This document shows, piece by piece, positions 1-8,378 of a stretch of 64,000 nucleotides of DNA (positions are counted from its first letter, which is position 1; the number at the start of each line of letters is the position of its first letter). The translations under genes were made by a program, and so were the position numbers. Origin of the DNA: Clostridia bacterium (GTDB taxonomy: Bacteria > Bacillota > Clostridia > UBA1212 > DUPL01); NCBI GenBank assembly GCA_050951325.1, contig JBMNIW010000012.1, forward strand, positions 64,001 through 128,000, given 5' to 3'. The notes beneath the pieces were generated by a model. That model saw nothing but the letters and a program-made list of their open reading frames with translations. It was not told the DNA's origin and did no database searches.

Positions 1-2
1 AA

Positions 3-1943
3 GAGGAACTTTTAAGCCTTGGCTGGAAGGATATAATTACTCCTGAAGATTTCGACGAGGAAGTTGAAAACTGTTTGAAAATACATTCTGGCAACTGCAC
101 CATTGAAAAAAGAATCAGAAAAACAGACGGCAGCCTCGCATGGGTCAAGATGTTCGTGGTTTCCATATCCAACGTATTCAGCAGCATCCCAAGCCACATC
201 TGCTTCGTACAGGATATTACTGCCGAGAAAATGATAGAATACAACCTTATCGAGAGTGAGCGCAGCAAGGAAGTTCTTCTAACCCATTTGCCCGGTCTTG
301 CTTTCAGATGCCTTAATGATGAAAATCGGACGATGCTGTTTGTTTCAAACGGCTCTTATGAGCTTACGGGATACTATCCTGAAAGCCTGCTGAACAATAG
401 AGATCTTTCATATAACGATCTGATTGCTCCTGAATACAGGGACAGACTCAGAAACGAGTGGGACCGCTGTATAAAAAATCACGAAACCTTCAAACATGAG
501 TATGAAATAATCACAGCCAAAGGAGAAAGAAAGTGGGTTATTGAAATGGGGCAGCCCATCTACAATGACCAAGGCGAACCCGAAGCCCTGGAAGGCATAG
601 TGCTTGACATAACCGACAGAAAGTCTGTTGAACTTAATCTCCGCTACTATTTCGAACACGACAGATGGACGCATTTAAAGAACAGAAATGTCCTGGAAAA
701 ACATCTGTACGAAGATTACATGAAAGGCGAGACGGTCAAGAGAGCTGTGGTTGGTGTAAACCTTGGCGCCATGTATTTCATAACATTGTCTCACGGTTTT
801 CATTACACCCAGGAATATGTAAGAAACATAGCAAGAGCGCTGGAATCTCTCTGTACCGATAACATTACCCTTTACAACACTTATGAGTATCGCTTTGTGT
901 TTTATATAAAGGGATACAAGGACAAGGATGAAATTGCCCTGTTTTGCGAAAAGATAAAGAGCACACTGGATTCCGTGCTTGGTGTTGAGAGAATAGGCGG
1001 CGGCATTGGCGTTGTGGAAATTGACAAGGATAACGAATACAATGTGGATCTGATTCTTAGAAACCTTCTCATAGCATCAGAAAGAGCTGTCAACGGAAAA
1101 CCTACCGAGTTTGAGTACTGCTTCTTTGATGTGGAGATGGAAGTTCAGATGAACCGCGAAAAGGACATACAGAATGACCTGAACAAGATTGCAACTACCA
1201 ACAGGAATGATGACAATCTGTTCCTTCTTTATCAACCCATTATTGACCTTTCTTCAAATAAAATCTATGGGTTTGAAGCACTGTCAAGGTTGAATACCAA
1301 AAAGTACGGAGTAGTTCCACCCCTGGAGTTCATTAATATTGCAGAAAAAACAAGATTGATTATCCCCATTGGCGTTAAGATAATCCGCAAGGCTTTTGGA
1401 TTCCTTAAGAAGCTTGAGAATATGGGATATGGAAATGTTAATATTTCAATAAACATATCTGCAATCCAGCTTATATACAGTGATTTTGCACAAGTTGTAA
1501 TGAACATTATTGATGAGATGGAGATTTCTCCTGACAATATTACTTTTGAAATAACAGAGTCAGTTTACGTTGCCAATTACGATAAGGTAAACGAAATAAT
1601 TGGGCAGCTTAGATTGATAGGAATCCATATTGCCATTGATGATTTTGGCAAAGGATATTCCTCCCTTGCAGCAGAACTTGGTCTTCAGGCCAACTGTTTG
1701 AAAATAGACAAGTTCTTTATTGATTCCATCATGACAACGGATCCGGACAAGGCTATTACCAGCGATATAATTTCCATGGCTCATAAGCTTGGGCACTATG
1801 TTATAGCAGAAGGAGTTGAGCATGAATTACAAAAAAAGTATCTCGTTAACTGTGGTTGTGAAAAAGTTCAAGGATTTTTGTTCAGTAAACCTGTAAACAA
1901 GGATGAGGCGATTAGTCTTTTAATGGAGATGGGCACCGTTTAA
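3..1943 (+). CDS. PAS-PAS-degenerate GGDEF-EAL c-di-GMP phosphodiesterase (5' end outside window)
   Basis: Frame open from base 3; PAS/PAC motifs (KTDGSLAWV, GERKWVIE...GIVLDITDRK); GGDEF replaced by YEYRF; intact FEALSR, DDFGKGYSSL, AEGVE. Confidence 0.9.
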   Translation, partial: EELLSLGWKDIITPEDFDEEVENCLKIHSGNCTIEKRIRKTDGSLAWVKMFVVSISNVFSSIPSHICFVQDITAEKMIEYNLIESERSKEVLLTHLPGLAFRCLNDENRTMLFVSNGSYELTGYYPESLLNNRDLSYNDLIAPEYRDRLRNEWDRCIKNHETFKHEYEIITAKGERKWVIEMGQPIYNDQGEPEALEGIVLDITDRKSVELNLRYYFEHDRWTHLKNRNVLEKHLYEDYMKGETVKRAVVGVNLGAMYFITLSHGFHYTQEYVRNIARALESLCTDNITLYNTYEYRFVFYIKGYKDKDEIALFCEKIKSTLDSVLGVERIGGGIGVVEIDKDNEYNVDLILRNLLIASERAVNGKPTEFEYCFFDVEMEVQMNREKDIQNDLNKIATTNRNDDNLFLLYQPIIDLSSNKIYGFEALSRLNTKKYGVVPPLEFINIAEKTRLIIPIGVKIIRKAFGFLKKLENMGYGNVNISINISAIQLIYSDFAQVVMNIIDEMEISPDNITFEITESVYVANYDKVNEIIGQLRLIGIHIAIDDFGKGYSSLAAELGLQANCLKIDKFFIDSIMTTDPDKAITSDIISMAHKLGHYVIAEGVEHELQKKYLVNCGCEKVQGFLFSKPVNKDEAISLLMEMGTV

Positions 1944-1952
1944 GCGGTGCCC
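1931..1952. terminator. Bidirectional hairpin between convergent EAL gene and serS
   Basis: GGGCACCG-tttaag-CGGTGCCC. Confidence 0.6.
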
Positions 1953-1959
1953 TTAACAT

Positions 1960-3238
1960 TTATCCTATTACCTCTTTACCACCCATGTACATTCTCAATG
2001 GCTCAGGTATTCTAATCGTACCGTCTTCGTTGAGGTTGTTCTCAAGAAATGCAATGAGCATTCTTGGTGGAGCAACAACAGTGTTATTCAAAGTATGGGC
2101 AAAATAGTTACCATCCTTGCCTCTTACACGAATTCCAAGCCTTCTTGCCTGAGCATCACTCAGATTGGAGCAGCTTCCAACCTCAAAGTATTTCTGCTGC
2201 CTTGGAGACCAGGCTTCCACGTCTACACTCTTAACTTTAAGGTCTGCAAGGTCGCCGGAGCAGCATTCCAGAACCCTTACAGGGATGTCTAGAGTTCTGA
2301 AGAACTCTACCGCATACTGCCAGAGTTTGTCAAACCACGCTTTACTGTCCTCAGGCTTGCAGACAACAACCATTTCCTGCTTTTCGAACTGATGGATTCT
2401 GTATACTCCCCTCTCCTCTATGCCATGAGCTCCTACTTCCTTTCTGAAGCAGGGTGAATAGCTGGTAAGCGTTTGAGGAAGGGATTCTTCATCAAGTATT
2501 GTGTCTATAAACTTGCCTATCATGGAGTGCTCGCTTGTACCTATTAAATACAAGTCTTCTCCTTCAATCTTGTACATCATGTTTTCCATCTCGGCAAAGC
2601 TCATGACTCCACTGACCACATTGCCGCGTATCATGAAGGGCGGAATGTAGTAGGTAAAGCCTTTGTCTATCATGAAGTCTCTTGCATAGGCAAGTACAGC
2701 TGAATGCAGTCTTGCAATATCTCCTTTTAGATAATAAAAGCCGTGGCCGGATGTCTTTCTTGCAGCTGTCCAGGTCAATACCGTCAAGCCTCTCCATTAT
2801 GTCCACATGGTATGGAATCTCAAAATCAGGCACAACCGGTTCGCCAAAACGCTCCACTTCCACATTCTCAGAATCATCCTTGCCTATGGGTACCGTATCA
2901 TCTATGATATTGGGAATCTGAAGCATTATCTCCTGGACTTTTTCAAAGTATTCCTTCTCAAGTCTTTCCGACTCTTCCAATTGCTTTGCCATTTTTCCAA
3001 TCTGGCTCTTTATCTTTTCTGCTTCTTCTCTTTTTCCTTCCCTCATCAATGTGCCTATTTGCTTGCTTATTGTGTTTCTTTCACTTCTTAAATTGTCGCT
3101 TCTTAATTTTGCTTCTCTGTATTTGGCGTCAAGTTCAATTACTTCATCTACCAGAGGAAGCTTTTCAAATTGGAACTTCTTTTTAATGTTTTCTCTTACC
3201 AAATCAGGATCTTTTCTTATCAATCTAATATCTATCAT
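1960..3238 (-). CDS. serS: Seryl-tRNA synthetase, split by +1 frameshift near 2765 (probable assembly error)
   Basis: N-terminal coiled coil (MIDIRLIR...IPNIID), YLIGTSEH, CFRKEVGAHG, RIHQFEKQE, EVGSCSN, HTLNNT; halves in ORFs 2564..3238 and 1960..2787. Confidence 0.95.
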
Positions 3239-3255
3239 TTAAAAACCTCCTTGAG

Positions 3256-3476
3256 ATAAAAATAACCTTCAATCCCGAAAATGGGACGGAAGGTTCCGCG
3301 TTGCCACCCAAATTGTCATAAATGTATTATGACCACTTGCACGGTACTTTAAAGGGTACCAACCTTCAGCTTTCACTGATTGCTCGAGAAGTGGAAAGGT
3401 TTGTGTTCTTTCCGACTTGCACCAACCGTCGGCTCTCTTTGAAGAAGGGACAAACCATTTTCTTCCGTCATAGCAA
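3256..3476 (-). promoter_or_regulatory. T-box riboswitch leader of serS
   Basis: Minus strand: stem I-like region with AGAGAG/GGTG motifs and a UCC (Ser) codon, T-box GGGTGGCAACGCG (3297-3309), terminator AACCTTC...GAAGGTT then T-run. Confidence 0.85.
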
Positions 3477-3596
3477 ACAAACTTATTTCTTTTGGATGAT
3501 TATATATCATTTTGGAGAAATAATCAAGTTAATAAAAAGGACCACATTAAGGGATAAGTTACTAGGATTTGATGGATCATACGTGCCTTTTGCATT

Positions 3597-4438
3597 GCTT
3601 ACGTCCCCATACAGGGATAGATTGCGACTGCGGCCAACAAAGAGAAGAGTAATTACCGTCCCCGCGTGGGGATAGATTGCGACGCAGGCTTCCGTGCGAT
3701 GACGCAGAAAATACAATTACCGTCCCCGCGTGGGGATAGATTGCGACACGAAGGACGTGATCCTCAAAGCTAGGGCAGGAGGGATTACCGTCCCCGCGTG
3801 GGGATAGATTGCGACGAGACATGTTTTGCAATCCTGGTTTGCATTACCGTCCCCGCGTGGGGATAGATTGCGACCATAACCGTAGTCCTACAGATGAAGG
3901 TTACAATAATTACCGTCCCCGCGTGGGGATAGATTGCGACATGAATAGCGTTTGACTTCTCCATTCTTTGGCGAGATTACCGTCCCCGCGTGGGGATAGA
4001 TTGCGACTGAATAGCGCTTATTCTCATATATCTTTGGGGATTACCGTCCCCGCGTGGGGATAGATTGCGACCAACTAGGGCGGAGCAGGCGTTATATCAA
4101 GATACCGTCCCCGCGTGATAGATTGCGCTACCAGCTGACAATAGACAGCGGCTACTTATTACCGTCCCCGCGTGGGGATAGATTGCGACTAAACCACCTG
4201 TTTCGTAAATAAAGTTGTCGCCCGCGTGGGGATAGATTGCGACTGTATCTAAGTACTGGAATTAATTTGGTCATTACCGTCCCCGCGTGGGGATAGATTG
4301 CGACTAATCTCTGCGTTTATTGTCGTTTACCACGTCTCGATTACCGTCCCCGCGTGGGGATAGATTGCGACGAATGAGCACATGCCAGGACGAACAATTC
4401 CCAATCATTACCGTCCCCGCGTGGGGATAGATTGCGAC
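3597..4438 (-). CRISPR. Orphan CRISPR array, 14 repeats / 13 spacers, repeat GTCGCAATCTATCCCCACGCGGGGACGGTAAT (minus strand)
   Basis: 32-bp repeat starts at 3652,3716,3784,3843,3909,3976,4040,4158,4273,4340,4407; degenerate trailer 3597-3628; damaged copies ~4102 and 4221; spacers 23-36 bp. Confidence 0.97.
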
Positions 4439-4620
4439 AGCGGCTGAAAAAAGGCCCCTTTTTTCTTATTATACAATGCTTTTTTATTGTCAAAGTGCGA
4501 ACCTAGGTTTTTTAGTATAAAAAACTTGCAAGATTTTGAGCAAAAACACCACAAATGCACTAATTACATATGGTGCGAATCCCCTAGGGTTTTCATGATC
4601 ACTTCATATTCGCACTCTAT
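4439..4620 (-). promoter_or_regulatory. CRISPR leader
   Basis: AT-rich non-coding stretch next to intact repeats with GTGCGAA...TTCGCAC motifs (4493-4500, 4573-4615); degenerate repeat lies at the opposite end. Confidence 0.7.
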
Positions 4621-4870
4621 GTTTCCTATCATGATAATTAGAATACCATCATACTGCTCAATTTGCAATTGCTGTGTTTGTTAAGAATAGTGCCTTACAA
4701 AATTCCAATGCTGTCAGAATATACTTGCTTAATCCAAGAACCATGGTTTTTATGTAAACCAATATATTCTCATTTTCATCTCTGACATTATTTTTATCCG
4801 TCTTGTTGCAGTATCATTCATGGTCAAATAATGCTGACCTTAGTACTAGCAAATCCGTATTATTATCTTA

Positions 4871-5027
4871 ATAATCTGCCCCGTATGGGGATAGCTTGCA
4901 ACGAACAAATCACACAAAAATATATATTTTGCATCGTTACCGTCCCCTCGTGGGGATGAGTTGCGACATAAGTATTCAGAGACAGTAGATAACTTTTTTT
5001 GTTATCGTTACCGTTTGGGGAGGTTGT
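4871..5027 (-). CRISPR. Second degenerate mini-array with variant repeat GTCGCAACTCATCCCCACGAGGGGACGGTAAC
   Basis: Degenerate repeat 4871-4902, 33-bp spacer, repeat 4936-4967, 39-bp spacer, partial repeat from 5007 (GTTACCGT...TGGGG). Confidence 0.75.
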
Positions 5028-5869
5028 CAATGTACTACTCTTAAAATACCATCATGCTCTTCAATTTGCAAGAAGAAGGGTCTTTCCTGTGTCAGGGTGT
5101 TTGGCCTATGGAAAGTGAGCATGAGGTTTCCATTAAGGTCTTTAAAAATCATTGCATGACCGCCATCATCCTTGTATAGTGGTTTGTCAACATGAATAAA
5201 GGGTTCGTTAATTCCATTTGTAGACTTTGCCATGCCTATGGTATAACCTGTGTCAGAAAAACTTGACCATATCAGTATAAGTGAGCTATCGCTCATCTTG
5301 TATATAAATGGACCATCGGTTACATAACTGTCACCATTAATGGGACTTATCCAAGGCGCTTCTGAAGCGGTTAAGATTGTCCTTGGTTCTGAAACAGCTT
5401 CTTTCAGATCACCACTTAACTGCACCAAACAAAAAGTCCCGTCTTTTATTTGCACCCACTCATGGGCAAATATTGAGTAAGGTATACCCTCTTCCACGTA
5501 AAACGTTCCATCCAGACACTCCCAGTTTCTTGGAGTGTAAGGCTCATCTGTAAGGGGTTTGTAGGGTCCTTCTACTTTGTCAGCTACAAGTATCTGGGTT
5601 CCTCTGCACTTTGCTTCTGACTTGAAGCTGGCAAACATGTAGTATTTGCCTTTGTATTTGTGAACTTCAGGTGCCCAGAAATCCCTGTCAGACCAAAATC
5701 CTTCAGGAGGATCGAAAGCTATAATTGGCTCTTCAAATTCTTCAAGGTCTTTACTTTTCCATACGAGGAATTTCTGCTTCTTGAGGCTCATGGTTGTACC
5801 AAACATGTAGTATGTATCGTCTTCTACCAAGACAAATGGATCCCGCACATTAATATCCGTCCTCTTCAT
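5027..5869 (-). CDS. Glycoside hydrolase family 43 protein
   Basis: RDPF, FWAPEVH, CLDG, VTDGPF, GGHAM motifs. Confidence 0.9.
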   Translation of the reverse strand: MKRTDINVRDPFVLVEDDTYYMFGTTMSLKKQKFLVWKSKDLEEFEEPIIAFDPPEGFWSDRDFWAPEVHKYKGKYYMFASFKSEAKCRGTQILVADKVEGPYKPLTDEPYTPRNWECLDGTFYVEEGIPYSIFAHEWVQIKDGTFCLVQLSGDLKEAVSEPRTILTASEAPWISPINGDSYVTDGPFIYKMSDSSLILIWSSFSDTGYTIGMAKSTNGINEPFIHVDKPLYKDDGGHAMIFKDLNGNLMLTFHRPNTLTQERPFFLQIEEHDGILRVVH

Positions 5870-6054
5870 TATATATCACCTTCCTGGTTGTTCTGTATTA
5901 TTGGAGCTTCCTCTATTCTTTCATCGTTGTAGCTGCCAACAACTGTCCTTTTACATCTCCAGAATGTATTTGACGATACTATGCTTCCCCTTGAGTTGTC
6001 TATTACTATCGCATCATGAGTTATATCATTGAAAGCATTTCCTGTGATATTGTT
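5869..6054 (-). pseudogene. C-terminal remnant of IS-disrupted beta-helix protein
   Basis: Translates NITGNAFNDITHDAIVIDNSRGSIVSSNTFW...EGDI*; stop overlaps GH43 ATG (TAATG). Confidence 0.75.
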
Positions 6055-7643
6055 AAATTTTAAATATTATTTAATACTCTCGATTTTGCTAGAAATGGGG
6101 AGTATAAGATGTTAAAATTATTATCTAAGATTAGATTAGAAAAAGACCTGGAGTATGCGCAGAAAGAAGAGTTCAAAAAAACATATAGGCAAAAAAGCAC
6201 TGACTTCACAAGAAAAAGGAAGTTAACTATGTTTGATATCATTCTATCTACCATTACTCGAGTTGGTTTTTCATTGAAACTTGAAATCAGGAGATATTTA
6301 AAGATGAAACAAGATGACAAAACTGTATCAAAAGTAGCGTATTTAAAACAACGTTTAAAGCTTGATCCCAAAGCTTTTCTCGCTTTGAATAGCTTTCATT
6401 TAAAGAATTTCTACAACGAAGAGACAGCAAGAACAATTAAGAATTATTTAGTTCTCGCTGTTGACGGTAGTAATATTACTATACCCACAAATAAAGAAAC
6501 TCTAGAATTATATGGTAACTCCTCGGTGCCATCTGCAAAGCCTACTGCACAGATTGGTCTTTCTTGTATATACGATGTGTGTAATGAATTTATTTTAGAT
6601 ATATCTATTAACAGGAATAATTTTGACGAACGTGCTGCTGCCGAGAAGAATATTGATAACATTGCTGAAATTATTGAAGACAAAGCCTTTATCGTTTTGT
6701 TTGATAGAGGTTATCCTTCAATTGAAAATATGCTTAATCGATTCGAGAAGGGACAAAAATTTCTCATGAGGTTAAGCTCTTCGCAGTTCAAAAGAGAGCA
6801 ATCGTCTATGACTTTCGATGATGAAATTATTGAGATAAAATTTGATCAGACCCGTATTAACCCTTATCGAAATACAAAGTTTGCAGAGAAACTACGTACT
6901 GTTGGTTCTATGTTTGTAAGATTTGTACGCGTGCATTTATCTTCCGGTGAAACTGAGTATCTTGCTACTAATTTAAGCCAAGAAGAGTTCAATACCAAAG
7001 AAATTTCGGACTTGTATTTTATGCGATGGGCAATAGAAACAGTATATGATACCTTAAAAAACAAATTAGTAATCGAAAATTTTACAGGAACAAAACCGTT
7101 ACTTATAGAACAAGATATATATGCGACAGTATATCTGTGTAACATTATCCAAGATGTTATTCGAGATGCCGAAGAATCGTTAAAGCGTGAGGGAAAACTT
7201 AACAAATACAAACATGTTATGACTATAAATAAAAACTTCGCAATCGGAGTAATGAGGGATGAACTAATAGGATTTGTAGCAACTGATAGTGATGTTGAAC
7301 GCAGAATCTTATTCGAGAAAGTCATAAAAGAAATACAATCAGAACTTATACCTGTAAGAAAAGGGCGTTCTTTCAACAGACACAAAAATGCAAAAAGCAA
7401 GAGGTTCTTTAATAATATTAAAAGAAACTCCTAGTTTTCCATATTCCTAATATTTACATAGCAAGAGTTATTGTTATAAACTATAACTTAACTTTTTTAT
7501 GTCATTTTTTAAATCTGTAACAAGACAAAGATAAAGTGTATTAGAAGGATCAATAAAATACCGTGCCAGTTAATTTAAGATTTGAAATAAACTAAGAGAT
7601 CGCAACAAAACATGTATTGCGATCTCTTAAGTTAATGACATTG
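6055..7643 (+). mobile_element. IS4-family insertion sequence, left end apparently lost
   Basis: AT-rich; transposase; right terminus CTTAAGTTAATGACATTG (7626-7643) abuts interrupted gene; no matching left IR or TSD seen. Confidence 0.8.
6109..7434 (+). CDS. IS4-family DDE transposase
   Basis: LAVDGS, LFDRGY, Y-x2-R-W-x-IE-x6-K (YREK) motifs. Confidence 0.92.
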   Translation: MLKLLSKIRLEKDLEYAQKEEFKKTYRQKSTDFTRKRKLTMFDIILSTITRVGFSLKLEIRRYLKMKQDDKTVSKVAYLKQRLKLDPKAFLALNSFHLKNFYNEETARTIKNYLVLAVDGSNITIPTNKETLELYGNSSVPSAKPTAQIGLSCIYDVCNEFILDISINRNNFDERAAAEKNIDNIAEIIEDKAFIVLFDRGYPSIENMLNRFEKGQKFLMRLSSSQFKREQSSMTFDDEIIEIKFDQTRINPYRNTKFAEKLRTVGSMFVRFVRVHLSSGETEYLATNLSQEEFNTKEISDLYFMRWAIETVYDTLKNKLVIENFTGTKPLLIEQDIYATVYLCNIIQDVIRDAEESLKREGKLNKYKHVMTINKNFAIGVMRDELIGFVATDSDVERRILFEKVIKEIQSELIPVRKGRSFNRHKNAKSKRFFNNIKRNS

Positions 7644-8378
7644 GCAGATGCCCTGCATTTTGGGGTCGATTAGTATTGAGACTTTGCTTGACTGGTCTAA
7701 CATGTTGTTTGATATGTCAAGATGCAGTATGGAGTTAACCGTTATCTGCTCCTTGCCTGTATTCAGAAACATGTTTCTTGCTACCTTGAGTCCCTCAGGC
7801 CTGTTGTTCTCTGAAGAGTTTATCAAAAGTCCTTTTCCAGTACCATATATTCTGCAGTCAAATATATTGCTGTTAATATTTATCTTCCCAGGTATCGTAG
7901 TACAGTTTATTGAATAGCTTTCAGGCTCTGCATTTTCAAATGCACAATTCACAATATCTGTATACGATCCATTGAATATGAGCATGGTGCTTATATTGCC
8001 TGTGATGTTTGAAAAACTGCATCCATACAAATCATGTCCAAAACCGTCATCAAGATACAAACAGCTTCCTGATTTTCCTTCATGTCTAAAAGAAACTTCC
8101 TTTATCTTGACTTTCCCGTCAGTATTGGTTCTTGCCATGTCTATATCATCGTCGGTATAGATTACCGAGTTGCCTGTTCCCTGTATGACAAGCAGCTTAT
8201 TGGATTCCTTGCTCCCTATACACAAGGTATTCCTTACTCTGTAGGTGCCTGAGGGCAGGTAGCAGACCTGCTTTGTCCTTTGAGCTTCCTTCATGCATTC
8301 ATTCAGGGCAGCTGTATCATCCGCCCTGCCATCGCCTGTTGCTCCATAATCCTTAAAATTCAAATAGCTTTCGAGCAT
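7644..8378 (-). pseudogene. Parallel beta-helix (pectate lyase 3/GH28-like) protein, N-terminal part truncated by IS4
   Basis: KDYGATGDGRADDTAAL, YLPSGTY, Asn-ladder repeats; reading frame runs into IS end. Confidence 0.8.

Noticed and set aside
1960-3238. Programmed frameshift in serS
   Set aside because: No slippery run at the site; similar single insertions in two other genes favour assembly error.
3541-3566. Possible further eroded CRISPR repeat (CCACATTAAGGGATAAGTT)
   Set aside because: Too divergent to support.
3322-3831. Short ORFs over T-box and CRISPR array
   Set aside because: Translations repeat the CRISPR unit (VAIYPHAGTV, RRNLSPRGDG); not genes.
4903-4935. 12-nt match (TCACACAAAAAT) of mini-array spacer to mgtC upstream region 19305-19316
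   Set aside because: Short and AT-rich; expected by chance; flanks do not extend.
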